Assembly (NCBI RefSeq): GCF_963921235.1
Contig: NC_086109.1
Span: forward strand, 29,018,001-29,078,000
DNA length: 60,000 nucleotides
Reading direction: 5' to 3'
Origin: Mobula hypostoma
Lineage: Eukaryota
The translations under genes and the position numbers were made by a program. The notes below the pieces were generated by a model. It ran no database searches, had not been told where the DNA came from, and worked only from the letters and a program-made list of their open reading frames with translations. Shown one piece after another: positions 37,326 through 50,047 of this stretch (positions are counted from its first letter, which is position 1; every line of letters starts with the position of its first letter).

Positions 37326-39300
37326 ACTTGTTTACTATGCTAAAGGCATTTGGTAATGTGTGTTTATTAGAAACTGAAGAAATGTTTCTTGAAGTAAGAA
37401 AATATTCCATTTTCTATGAATATTTAATGTGATGTCAGACTGATGTTTCTGTTTATACTGTATGTACAAATAAAACATAACTTCATCCAAAAGCTAATAA
37501 CACATCAAAGTGTAAATAGTTTTATTGAAAAACCATTATTTGCCTGAACCCATTTGTTCTAGTGTTACCTTGATATTACAGAATGTTTTTCTGTTGTATC
37601 AAGAACACTTTTTTCCTCGAGGTAGTTGATAAGCAGTTAACTTTTAGATTTATCCTTGCATTAGGCAATAGAGCAGTGGAGAGATGGAATAACAAGATTT
37701 TATTTGGGTTATTCTGGTGTATTTAAAACTTTCTCTCCATTTTGGGTGACTCATTACAGAACATATCAGTGTATTACACTTGCTAGCTCTACTTGCTCAG
37801 CATGTTGGCTCAGACAACTGCAAAATAAAGCATGAAATGTCTTTCTCCAGGTGTGTTCTTTAGAGAAGTGAGCTCATTTCATCCTTCTGCCACCTAATAT
37901 AACAATCTGTTCCATAACAATTTATTATAAAGACTTTGAGCAGCTGCTATCTCCGAGATGATAGAATTCCAATTGCCACTGATCATTTGAGGGATTCTTG
38001 TAGAAAGTAAGATATAATGTAATGTACTTTTGGTATTTGTCATTGTTTTTTTAAAGCCAGCTTTCTAAGGTCCATTTCTATAATCTGGGGAAAAAAATAT
38101 AGCGACTGTCTATCTATGCTCTCAAAATTGAACACCTCCATCAAGCCCGCTCTCATCTTCTGCCATTCCAGAGAAAACAACCAAGGTTTATTCAGCCTCC
38201 CTCCAGGTGTTATGGCAAGGTAAAACTCTATTTTCCATTGTCTGTATTGCAGGAGATGTGGCATGCAAATAGTGGATGGATCCCCAGTGAAGTTGTATTT
38301 TTCTCAGCCAATCATGTCTCCACAATGCTGGCCCTCCTGTTTCTTCCACATACAAGCTCAATGTGGTTTGTTAGTTGTCTTACTTCACTCTTACGAATGT
38401 CATTCCCACAGGAATTACCTTTTCTCCAGTATAAATTTTAGTTGGATATCTGCAGGCTTCAGTTCAGTATCTTTGAAATTCCTTTCAAATTCATTTTGTG
38501 GAATGACTGAAACAGCCAAGCCAGTATTTAATTCCTCTCATTCAATTTGCTGTTCACTTCTGGTGTAAGGAATGTTGCTTGGCTATTGTTAGTTTTCACG
38601 TAGTAAATCTCAAGGCTAACCAATCCTATTAATCTCATCATTATCAGATTTTTCATCAACAGCATGCAGATATGTGCTCTTTTTGAAACTGCAACTTGAC
38701 TTTTTATCTTTTTCTCTTCCCTGTGCAGTCCATATGTTTTTGACTGCCTGACATGTTCTTTGTATAAGTCCTGCTTTGTTGCATTTTCTGTAAGTTTCAC
38801 CTTTAAATCTGCATTGGTCTGGTGAATGTAAGCCCCTGACACAACGGTAACACAATTTGTTCAGCCAGATAAGTTTCTAATTAGATGTTGCAGTTTTGTT
38901 CACACTCTTACATTCCTGTCTGCAACTTAATTGCATCTCTAGCTGCTGTTTCTATTTATACAACAGTTTCAACTACTCTCTTAAGTTGTGAGTTGTGCTT
39001 CAGTTAGGAGCTATTTTTGAATACTTTCCTATAAGATTCCACAGGTGCATCATTAAGCCCCTCACCGAACTCACAATACTTGGAAATTTCTTCAATTCAG
39101 TCACGTAAGCCTTCCTTTTGATTTTGCTTACGAAACCTGAAGCATTCTGGAATCAACAGTGGTTTCAGTTCTAAATGTTCCTGTATTATATTCACAATAT
39201 CAGCACAGCTCATTTCAGCTCATTTGGTTGGAGCAGTTAAACTTCTAAGCAAGCTGTATGCTTTTCCAACAATTGCATTGAGCAAAACTGGTACTCATTT

Positions 39301-40390
39301 TAGACCATAAGAGCATAAGACCATAAGATATAGGAGCAGAGTTAGTCCATTCCAGCATTTCATCATTTTCCTCTTAGCCCTAATCTACTGCCTTCTCCCC
39401 GTATCCCTTCGTGCCCTGACTGATCAAGAATCTATCACCCTCTGCCTTAAATACACATAAAGACTTGGCCTCCACAGTTGCCTGTGGCAAAGAATTCCAC
39501 AGATTCACCACTCTCTGGCTAAAGAAATTCCTCCTCCTCTCCATTCAAATAGTGCACCCCTCAATTCTGAGGCTGTGTCCTCTGGTCTTGGACCATCCTA
39601 CAATGGGAAACATCCTCTCCATATCCTCCCTATCAAGGCCTTTCACCATTTGATAGACTTCAATTAGGTCACCCCTCATTCTTCTGAATTCCAGTGAATA
39701 CTGGCCCAGAGCCATCAAACACTCTCGCTATGACAAAAAATTCAATCCTGAAATAATTTTGTGAACCTTCTTTGAACCCTGTCTAGTTTCAGCACATCCT
39801 TTCTAAGATAAGAGGCCCAGACCTGCTCATCATACTCCAAGTGAGGCCTCACCAGTGCTTTCTAAGGTTTCAACATTACATCCTTGCTTTTATATTCTAG
39901 TCCTCTTGAAATGAATGCTGACATTGAGATTGGGCATTAAGATCCCAAATAAAATCTTCTTCCAGTCATGATTCAATGATGCCTACAACATCATACCTGC
40001 CAATCTGCCACTGTGCTGCAAGTTCTTCTAATCACAAACAAGAGAAAATATTCAGATGCTGGAAATCCGAGCAACATATACAAAATGCTGGAGGAACTCA
40101 GCAGGCCCGAAACGTCGACTGTATTCTTTTCCGTAGATGCTACCTGGCTTGCTGAGATCCTCCAGCATTTTGTATGTGTTGCAAGTTTTTCAACCTTATT
40201 CAATATACTGTGCGCATTCAAATACAACACCTTCAGTCCTGTATTCACTCTTTTCAATTTTGTCCACCTTTCACATCGCAGCTCATCCTGTTGTTTGCAA
40301 TTTTGCCTTATCAACAGCCTGTCCTCATTTCACATTGCTTCTGTTTGTAAACTGGCTACCTCACTTTCAGCACTATTATCTACCTTTCCT
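39301..40390 (-). mobile_element. CR1 insertion in Gypsy gag (3' end at 39301-39930 plus an ORF1/ORF2 junction piece at 39985-40390)
   Basis: (cttatggt)n tail; 39985-40390 is the reverse complement of 44445-44680 (LKVLYLNAHSILNKVE). Confidence 0.85.
40031..40183. mobile_element. Fold-back Penelope terminus insertion inside CR1
   Basis: gcaacatatacaaaatgctggaggaactcagcagg / ttgctgagatcctccagcattttgtatgtgttgc; host tgtgYtgcaagtt occurs on both sides. Confidence 0.8.
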
Positions 40391-40566
40391 ATCAAAATGC
40401 TTACATTGAAAGTTTGCTTCCAAATATTGCTCAATTCCTTCAGTATACATCATCCAGTTATCTGTTGTGCAACCAAACACATCTATCTTTCCAATACAGC
40501 CAGCTGTTTCTGCTTATTTTATTTTATTATTATTATCACTAAGGTTATTGGTCCTTAAGGTTGTTT

Positions 40567-41132
40567 TAGCCAGGGGTAGTAATGGGGACAAGCTCAAACT
40601 ACCTATTAAATACTTCCAATTGCGCCTCAAATAGCCTCTGATAACCAAGTCCAGCTCCTGCCCTTCACATGTGGCTTAGTTACTAAGCCCAGCAGGACCA
40701 TTTCTACTGACAGGAGAAGGGGAAAAGGTGGGTTACTGGCACCTTAAAACTAGTCACTTCAGGGAGATGGGGCTTGTCAGCCATGGTAGGCTGCTCATTT
40801 AGGAGAAGGAAAACTCTGATCTCAAACCTCCACTGCCTTGCGGCTATACCCACTCATGGGGGAGGCTTCAGGAGTAAACCCCGAGGGAAAAATCCAGAGC
40901 TGGAGTCACTGAGGCAGTCCTACATTGAATTCAAAGCTGACTGGCAACTTCTGTGACGCTTCTGGTACCAAACTGTATCAATTTCTGTTGTTCCTTTGAG
41001 TCCATCAGATGCATGGAGAGGGGGAGCTCGCTACATGGGCAACAGCTTGCTTTCCATATCATACTGCCCAGGCTTGTGTATCTAGACAGCTAGGATGCAA
41101 TATTCATGGTCAAGTCTGACTGACGGATGCCG
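40567..41132 (+). mobile_element. RTE/Vingi-type short non-autonomous element inserted in the Gypsy leader
   Basis: GC-richer block with taggagaaggaaaactctga, a motif recalled from RTE-related 5' regions; structured 5' end. Confidence 0.55.
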
Positions 41133-41302
41133 TCAATCCAATTATCACTCAGAACTCACTGTTCATGAACCTGTGAATTTTGTCCTTTTTCAGCTTTTCT
41201 TCTAAACTCAACCATCTCTCTCCTCATGTGGTGAAAAATCATGCTGCACTTCAATAGGTAGCTAGTCATGTCAGGTTCATTTTAAAACTTCCTCCTTACC
41301 AC

Positions 41303-41547
41303 TACCATGTTTTGTAACTCTGGAAACTAATCGAAAGGAAAACACAACAGTCCGGATATGTCTTGTCTACTTAGTTTCATCTCTTTATTGAGGTGCACAT
41401 ATATGACGTAATGATGCAATGACGTATGCATTCACTTACTTCTTACATATGACCCATAATGAATTATGTAAACAATCAAAGGATGCTTAATCGAATAATA
41501 TATTTATAATATTACTCTAATATTAATGAAATATTAAAAACACTACA
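41303..41547 (-). repeat. Gypsy 5' LTR followed by a degenerate PBS (41291-41301, tggtaaggagg)
   Basis: Begins TGtagtgtttttaatatttca and ends gagttacaaaacatggta; both ends match the LTR remnant at 52470-52518. Confidence 0.7.
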
Positions 41548-41574
41548 CTCTACAAATTCAAGCAAATTTATTAG

Positions 41575-41835
41575 GAACTTTGATCTGAAATGTTAACTGT
41601 TTCTGTTCCCACATATGCTGTCTGAAAATGCTGGGTGATTCCAGTATTTTCCATTCTGATTTCAAATTACTGGCATCTGCAACACACACAAAATACTGGA
41701 GGAACTCAACAGGTTAGGCAGGACCTATGGAGAGAATGGAACAGTTGAACAGTTGGAACCCTTCATCAGAACAAACTCCAGCATTTTAGGTGCATTGCTC
41801 AAGATTTCCAGCATCTGCAAACTCTCTTGTGTCTC
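41575..41835. mobile_element. Cluster of Penelope-like termini in both orientations
   Basis: ctgaaatgttaactg...; gcaacacacacaaaatactggaggaactcaacagg; ctccagcatttt...ttccagcatctgca. Confidence 0.7.
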
Positions 41836-42104
41836 CAGCAGCATCTGCAGTGGCTTCACAATGTTCATTTCCTGTTTCATAATCAGTTTTGTTACAAAAG
41901 CAAACTTAACTTCCTAGTTGCCTTGTGCCATAGCTACATTTGTTTGTCTTTTTCAATATTGAGGGTAGAATTGCTCTCAGATCTGACATGACATAACAAA
42001 AGAATTCCCAAACAGCAGGAAGATAACCTGTCCTCTGAATAATTACCACACCCTTTCACTTGCTGTTACTCATAACTGCATCATCAGGTCAAAAGAAATG
42101 TAAT

Positions 42105-42374
42105 CCTTCTCCCGTCTGTATGAGATGTGGGACATTCGAGAGACTTTGAACTTTTTACTGTGCCATGGCCTGTTCTTCATCAAGTTATGGTATTGTTGCA
42201 CTGTTATAACTACATGTTATAATTATATGTTTTTTGTTAGTTTTTCAGTCTTGATCTGCCCTGTGTTTCTGTGATATCACACAGGAGGATTATTGTATCA
42301 TTTCTAAATGCATGCATTACTAAATGACAATAAAAGAGGACTGCGTGTCCTCATAATCTAATAACCTAATCTAA
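42105..42374 (+). mobile_element. Short retroposon 3' fragment with (taatc)n tail
   Basis: aataaaagaggactgcgtgtcctcataatctaataacctaatctaa. Confidence 0.5.
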
Positions 42375-42456
42375 ATATGCTAAGTATATTATGCTTTGAT
42401 TATATCTAATTCTGGAATTCAGGCATTTGCCTAAATTCACTATCCAATTCTCTGCA

Positions 42457-42527
42457 GATATAATGTGATGATATTTTCTACATGAACAAATTCACTTTTC
42501 ATGTAGAAAGTAGCATCACATTATATC
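42457..42527. repeat. Near-perfect 30-bp inverted repeat with 11-nt loop
   Basis: gatataatgtgatgatattttctacatgaa / ttcatgtagaaagtagcatcacattatatc, 28/30 Watson-Crick pairs. Confidence 0.92.
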
Positions 42528-42545
42528 TTGCCTATTCATGCATGG

Positions 42546-42835
42546 GTGGCACGATAGTGTAGTGCTTAGCACATCACTTTACAGTGCCAGTGATCACCGA
42601 TCGGGGTTCAACTCCTGCTGCTTCCCGTAAGGAGCTCGATCTTCTTCTCATGGCTGCATGGGTTTCCTCCAGGTGCTCCCATTTCTTCCCACATCCCACA
42701 GACAAGACATTAGGGTTACTGAGTTGTGGGCAGAATCGTGGTGACACTTGCAGCCTGCCCAGCACAATCCTCATTGATTTGGCAAACTACACATTTCACG
42801 GTATGCTTCAATGTGCAATTGAAAAATAAAGCTTA
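42546..42835 (+). mobile_element. tRNA-derived V-SINE
   Basis: ggcacgatagtgtagtgcttagcac...ggttcaactcc...ggtgctcccatttcttcccacatccca. Confidence 0.8.
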
Positions 42836-43269
42836 TCTTTACGTCTTTATTTAGTTATAGACCAATAGAAAGCTAATATTTTGGCAGATAAGTTGCGTGT
42901 GATTTAGAGTAGCATTACATAGAATATTGTGATAATCGGTAGTTTTACTCTGAAAAGTACTCAAAGCAACTGGAAATAATAAAGAGAAGGAATATGTTTA
43001 ATATTTGTTCTGAGAAATCGCATATTATCAAATATTTGATGGAGTTTCCATTGATAATTCACATTTCCAGTTTTTTGATTATCCAATTTCATTTGCTTAA
43101 TGCTTTTATACATTTCACATTTTATTTACCAAGTGGAAATGCCTTTTTCTTCTTTTTTAATTTGGCATTTATTAGTGCATTTTTATTTCTGCACATAATC
43201 TCATGTTTTTGTACTCCTTATAAAATAAATGCTTAAAACTTAGTGATACTGCACTGTTTGTCAGGAGTT

Positions 43270-46200
43270 ACACAATTTAATACTGGAACTGGATGAACTC
43301 CAGATCATTTGGGAAGCTGAGGGTATGGTAGTTAGGACAAATAGAGAGGTAGTTATACCCAAGATGCAGGACATAGGAAATGGGGTGACAGGCAGGAAGG
43401 GGAAAGGAGTTAAAGGCTAATGCAGAGAACCCCTGTGGTCATCTTCCTCAACAGCAGGTATATCACTTTGGATACTGTCGAGGGGGGATGACCTAACAGA
43501 GGAAAGTCACAGTGGTCGAGACTCTAGGACTGAGTCTGCCTCAGTGACTCAGAAGGGAAGGTGGGAAGAAGAAGCATGCTGTGGTGATAGGGGATTCGTT
43601 CATTAGGGTAATGGACAGGAGTTTCTGTAGGCGAGAAAGAGATTCCTGGATGGTATGTTGCCTCCAGGGTGTCAGGGTCCAGGATATCTCTGATCAAGTC
43701 CTTAGCATTCTTAAGGTGAACAGCCAGAAGTTGTGGTCTATGTAGGTACCAATCAGAGGGGCAGGATGAGTGATGAGGTTCTGCAAAGAATTTCAGGGAG
43801 TTAGTTGCTAAGTCAAAGGTCAGGACCTCCAGGGCTGTGATCTCAGGTTTGCCACTCATGTCACGTGCCAGTGAAGCCAGAGCTAGGAAGGTTATACAGT
43901 TTAATATGAGGCTAAGGAGTTGGTGTGGTTGGGGGGGGGGGGGCCGGTTGGGATAAGATTTTTGGAACACTCACAACACGCTGGAGGAACTCAGCAGGTT
44001 GGGCAGCATCCATGGAAAAGATCAGTTGACATTTTGAGCCGGAACGTCGACTGATCTTTTCCACGGATGCTGCCTGACCTGCTGAGTTCCTCCAGTGTGG
44101 TGTGAGCGTTGCTTTGACCCCAGCATCTGCAGAGTATTTTGCGTATAAGATTTTTGAATCTTTGGGCTCTCTTCCAAGGAAGGTGGGATCTGTATAGAAG
44201 GAATAGTTTGCACCTGAACTGGAGGGGTAGTAAAATGCTAGCAGGAAGGTTTGTTAATGCTGCACGGTGGTGTTTAAACTCGAGTTACAGGGGTGTGGGA
44301 ACCAGAATACCAGAACAGTTAGTGGAGATGTTGTTGGAGGCAGATATGGGTTAGAGAAAGTTAGGAATCAAAAGGTTGAGCATGGTGCGACTAGTGTCCT
44401 GAGCAGCCTATATTGTAATTCAAGAAATAGCACAGGAAAGGCAAATAATAATGGTAAAGACGAGGTAGCTGGTTTACATACAGAGGCAATGTGTAGTAAG
44501 GAGAGGCTGTTGATAGGGCAAAATTGCAGTCAACAGGATAAGTTGCAATGTAAAAAGTGGACAAAATCGAAAAGAGTGAACACAAGACCGAAGGTGCTAT
44601 GTTTGAATGCACGCAGTATACGGAATAAGGTAGATGAACTTGCAACACAGTTGCATATTGGCAGGTACGATGTTGTAGGTATCACTCAATTGTGACTGAA
44701 AAAAAAGGTTATAGCTGGAAGCTTAATGTCCAAGGACACACGTTGTATTGAAAGGACAGGCAGGAAGGCAGAGTGGGTGGGGTTGCTCTGTTGGTAAAAA
44801 AACTCAATCAAATCAGGTGACGTAAGGTCAGAAGGTGTTGATTCATTGTGGATAGAGCTGAGCAACCACAAGGGTAAAAAGACCCTGGTGGGAGTTGCAT
44901 ACAGACTGCACCCCCCCCCCCACACACACACAGTAGTACAGATGATGTCTACAAATTATAATGGGAGAGAAAATGCATGCCAAAAGGGCAATGCAAAACT
45001 AGTCATGAGGGACATCAAAATGCAGGTAGATTGGGAAAATTAGGTTGCTGCTGGATTTCAGGAGGGGAATTTCTAGAGCGCCTATGAGATGGCTTTTTGG
45101 AGCAGCTCGTGGTTGAGCCCACTAGAGAACCAGCCATTCTGGATTGGGTGTTGTGCAATGAAATGGAATTCATTAGAGAGCTTAAAGTAAAAGAACCCTT
45201 GTGATCAAATACACCCTGAAATTTGAGGAGAAGCTAAAGTCAAATGTATCAATATTACAATGGAGCAAAGGGAATTACAGAGGCATGAGAGAGAAGTTGG
45301 CCAGAATTGATTAGAAAAGAACACTGGCAGGGATGATGGCAGAGCAGCAATGGCTGGAAATTCTGGAAGCAATTTAGCAGGCACAGGATATATACATCTC
45401 AAAAAGGAAGAAGTATTCTAAAGGAAAGATAATGTGCCTTGGCTAACACGAGAAGACAAAGCCAACAGAAAAGCCAAAGAGAGGGCATGTAATAGAGCAA
45501 AAATTACTGGAACGTTAGAGGATTGAGAAGCTTTTAAAAACAAACAAAAGGCAACTAAAAAGTCATGAAGAAGGTAAAGATGAAATACAAAAGTAAGATA
45601 ACAAATAATATTAAAGAGGATACAAAATGTTTCTTTCCATACATAAAGTGTAAATGAGAGGTGAGAGTGGATGTTGGACTATTGCAAAACAATGCTGGAG
45701 ATGTCGTTATGGTGAACAATGAAATAGCAGATGAACTGAATAAGTATTTTGCATCAGCCTTCACAGTGGAAGACATTAGCAAAATGGTAGAAGTTCCAGG
45801 TGTCAGAGTCATGAAATGTGTGAAGTACTACTACTAGAGAAAAGTTTCTTGGAAAAGTGAAAGATCTGAAGGTAGTTAAGTCATGTGGATCAGATGGTGG
45901 ACACCTCAGAGTTCTGAAAGAGGTGGTTCTAGAGATTAGTAATGATCTTTCAAGAATCGGTTGATTCTGGAATGGTTCTGGAAGAATGGAAAATTGAAAA
46001 TATCACTCCAATCTTCAAGAAGGGAGAGAGGCAGAAGGAAGGAAACTATAGGTCATTTAGTCTGACCTCAGTGGTTGGGAAGATGTTGGAGTCGATTATT
46101 AAGAATGATGTCTCAGAGTACTTGGAAGTACATGATAAGATAGGCCATGGTCAGCCCGGTTTCCTCAAGGGAAAACTTGCCTGACAAATCTGCTGGAATT

Positions 46201-47375
46201 CTTTAAAGAAATAACAAGCAGGATAGACAAAAGAGATTCGGTTGAGGGTGTCTACTTTGATTTGCAGAAGGCCTTTGACAAGGTGCCTCACATGAGGCTG
46301 CTTAACAAGTTGTGAGCCCATGGTATTACAGGAAAAATACTAGCAAAGATAAAGTGGTGACTGATTGGCAGGAGGCAAAGAGTGGGAATACAGGGAGCCT
46401 TTTCTGGTTGGCTGCCGGTAACTAGTGGTGTTTCAAAGGAGTCTGTGTAGGAACCGATTCATTTTACATTATATGTCAATGATTTGGATGATGGAATTGA
46501 TTGCTTTATTGCAAAGTTTGCAGGCACTGTAAAGATATGTGGAGGGGCAGGTGGCTCTGAGGAAGTGGAGAGGCTACTGAAGGACTTAAATTAGGAGAAT
46601 GGGCAAAGAAATGGCAGATAGAATACGGTGTTGGGAAGTGTATTGTCATGCACTTTGGTAAAAGAAATGAAAGGGTTGACTATTTTCTAAATGGAGAGAA
46701 AATACAAAAAAAAAGAGGTACAAAGGGACTTAGGAGTCATTGTGCAGGATTCCCTGAAGGTTTGTTTATAGGTTGAGTCTGTGGTGAGGAAGGCAAATGC
46801 AATGTTTTCATTCATTTCAAGATGACTAGAATATAAAAACAAGAATGTAATGCTGAGATTTATAAAGCACTGATAAGGCCTCACTTAGAGTATTGTAAGC
46901 AGTTTTGTGCCCCTTATCTTAGAAAGGATGTGCTGAAACTGGAGAAGGTTCAAAGCAGGTTCATGAAAATGATTCCAGGATTGAATGACTTGTCGAAGGA
47001 AGAGCATTTGTTGACTCCAGATCTGTATTCACTTGAATTCAGAAGAATGAGGGGTGACCTCATTGAAACCTATCAAATCATGAAAGGCCTTGATATAGTG
47101 GATGTGGAGAGGATGTTTACTATGGTGGGAAATTCTAAACGAGGAGACAGCCTCAGAATAGAGGGGTGCCCATTTAGAACGGCGATGAGGAGGGATTTAT
47201 TTAGCTAGAGTGTGGTGAATCTGTGGAATATTTTGCCACAGGGAGCTGTGGAGACCAGGTTTTTATATATAATTAAGACAGGGGTTGATAGATTCTTGAT
47301 TAGGTCGGGCATGAAGGTATATGGGAAGAAGGCAGGAGATTGGGGCTGAGAGGAAAATTGGATCACAATTGGACA
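43270..47375 (+). mobile_element. Near full-length decayed CR1 LINE (ORF1 SGNH esterase; ORF2 endonuclease-RT)
   Basis: ORF1: VVIGDSF, VCCL, VGTN, NSLHLNWRG. ORF2: CLNARSIRNKVDEL, WIEL, LDWVLCN, WKIENITPIFKKG..GNYR, KAFDKVPH, LEFRRMRGDLIETY. Many stops. Confidence 0.93.
43965..44144. mobile_element. Fold-back Penelope terminus insertion inside CR1 ORF1
   Basis: About 67-bp inverted arms at 43970-44036 and 44040-44106; 12-bp duplication ataagatttttg at 43953-43964 and 44145-44156. Confidence 0.85.
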
Positions 47376-47383
47376 TACCACAT

Positions 47384-47384
<1 letters not shown>

Positions 47385-47440
<56 letters not shown>
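47385..47440. repeat. (CT)n microsatellite
   Basis: Direct reading. Confidence 0.98.
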
Positions 47441-47441
<1 letters not shown>

Positions 47442-47454
47442 ATAAGGGAAAAAG

Positions 47455-47935
47455 AGATGTCCCCTTTTCACAGCGAGAGGGGAGACATAACAAACAACTC
47501 GCTGAATTATGATGTCAATAGTATGCTGCGTCGCTTTTTCCAAGCTCTGTGCCCAGAGAATCAGCCCTGAGGTTCAAGTCATTGGACACACAACTGGCAG
47601 CTAATCCGCTGCTGCCAATGTTCCATGTTCTCCTGTGATGCCTCAGTCAGGGGCATCGACCTTGAATCAGCCTGTCTCCAGAGCCACAGACATCTGGCAC
47701 CCTGAAGGCATGCTAGTCTTCCAGGCCGCATTCTTGGGATATTAAAAAGCGGCCCATCGTGTAACCCTGAGAACAGGTCCCACTCCCACAAACATCCAAA
47801 GTCAGAGTGTAACTCCAGGTCTGGGTCTTCAAAAGAACCTTGAAAAGGAAAAAAAAGAGATACCAAATATAGAAATTGAGCTGTTTCCGAAGATGCAAGC
47901 AAAGAAGTTGCTATTTAGCGCCATCTTGACTTTGC
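47455..47935 (-). mobile_element. Non-autonomous retroposon fragment (caagatggcg-headed family)
   Basis: Minus-strand head gtcaagatggcgctaaatagc. Confidence 0.5.
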
Positions 47936-48744
47936 TCCAGCCTCCTACTGGATTAATTTAACTGGATATTTCCTTGTGTGAGTCACTGGGACTATGTAGC
48001 TGCAGGAGCAAACAATATCAAGCACTTTCAGGCAAACCTGATCATCCAACAGAAAGGCCAAACTCATTTGCTTGACAAATTGCTAACCTTCTCCCCCGGA
48101 CATCAACTCCACAGTTCAATGAAAGCTGCTATCTTCATTCACCTCTCTCATCTCCATGACCCACTGAGCCGAAGGTCTGTTACCAAATCATCTGCTGCAT
48201 AACTGCCCTGGGTTAATTTAATTTATTGATTTATTTAGATAAACACTGAATAGGACTTTCCAGCCCTTCGAGCATGCTGACCACCAACTCCCACCTACTG
48301 TCTGTCGTCGCTCACCAATTCAACCCTCACCTAATCACGGGACAATTTAAAATGACCATTTAACCAATTCAAGCCACTTTGGGTTGTCATGTAGGTCTGA
48401 GTCACCAAGTAGTCCTTCCTGGTTTCCCTTTAGATCATCTTTAAAGGGAGATTTTTGATTTGCATTAGGCAGAATATGTCAAGGGGAGTGTCCCCTTCTG
48501 TAAATTTTTCAGCTATCTCCTTGTCCAAGTGTAAACAAGACAATCTGTCAGCATTTGGTGATTAGTTGTCTTCTTGAATTCAATCTTGTAATTGCGTCCT
48601 CCAAGAACAGAGCCCATCTCTGCATTTATGCTGCTGCTGTTAGTGGAACACCCATCTAAGGATTAAAAATGGACACTAGTGGTTGATGATCAGTAATAGG
48701 GGTAAACTCTCTCCCACATAAGGACAGTTTGAAATATTTTACAC

Positions 48745-48902
48745 CCCAAACCAAACTAGTTGGTCTTTGGACTGTGGGAGGAAACTAGAGAACTCGGGGA
48801 GACTCATGTGGTCACAGAGAGAATATACAAAATCTTTGTAGTCAGCAGCGGGAATTGAACCTGGGTCGCTGGTACTGTAAAGCTGTATGCTACTATGCTG
48901 CC
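48745..48902 (-). mobile_element. V-SINE 5' half
   Basis: Reverse complement of ggcagcatagtagc...ggttcaattcccgc...tttcctcccacagtccaaagac. Confidence 0.78.
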
Positions 48903-50047
48903 CCTGTTCATTGACACTGTCTCCTATCTCCCAGTCTACTGTCCTTTCACCCTTCACGTGCAGTTCTGCCATGATCTTGCACTATAAATGTGCACTTTTC
49001 ACCTCAAGGTGTTGGTGCAGTCATGTCACATGTTATGAGTGATGGAAGGGAATGTCCCAAAGCCTTTGCTTCAAGTTCCCTTGCTACTGTGGAGAAAAAT
49101 TAAGCACAGATTTACAGAGAGGCCTTCAGTCTGGTTTGGGGTATAAAACATTTCAAAATGTACTTATACGGGAGAAAGTTTGCCCTCATTACTGATCATC
49201 AACCACTTGTGTCCATTTTCAGTCCAAAGATGGTTGTTCCTCTAACAGCAGCAGCATATCAATGTAGAGAATGGCTCCGTTTTGTGGAGGACACAATTAC
49301 AAGACTGAATTCTAGAGTACAACTAATCACAGAAATTCTGATGGATGGTCTTGTTTACCCTTGGAAAACGAAATACCTGGAAAATTTACAAAAGAGGACA
49401 TTCCTCTTGACATATTCTCCCTAATGCAATTCAAAAATCTCCCTATTACAGCAAAGATGATCTACATGGAAATCAGAAAATACCGCACGCTGTCTCAGGT
49501 CTACATGACAACCCAGAATGGCTCGAACAGCAGCAGAAATTCCAGTTTCCCCATTATTACCAGTTCTGTGATGAATTTTCCTTTTATGTGCACCTTTGCT
49601 TTCAGTGGCTGGTGTGACCCTCTTGTACAGCAATAACTTCAATCAAACATTTCCAGTAACTGTTGATCAGTCCTGCACATCAGCTTGGAGGTATTTTACA
49701 CCATTCCTCCTTACAAAACTGCTTCAGCTCTGGGATGCTGTGGAATTCCTTTTATGAATTGCTTGCTTCAGGTCCTCCACAACATTTCAAAAGCATTAAG
49801 GACAGGACTTTGACTCGGACATTCCAAAACATGAATCCTCTTCTTTTTAAACGATTCTGTTGTTGATTTACTTTTGTCTTTTGGAGCATTGTCTTGTTGC
49901 ATTATCAAACTTCTAATAAACTTCAGGTGATGGACTGTTACCCTGAAATTCTCCTGTAAAATGTCTTGATATAATTTTGAATTCATTGTTCCCCCTAATG
50001 AATGCAAGCCTTCCAGGCCCTGAGGCAGCAAAGCAGTCCCAAACCAT

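Larger units (their letters stand above)
38243..41547 (-). mobile_element. Gypsy (K02A2.6-like) LTR retrotransposon 5' half: LTR, PBS, gag, protease; carries nested CR1, Penelope and RTE/Vingi insertions
   Basis: gag start IGKIDVF..TTDNWMMYTEGIEQYLEAN (40410-40505); zinc knuckles CYRC...H....CRFK...RKCNKAG.IQRTC; protease ELNTGLAVSVIP...GPALW. Confidence 0.85.

Noticed and set aside
47263..47570. ORFs with ER/SL repeats (also 3378-3575 and 25726-25941)
   Set aside because: Translations of microsatellites
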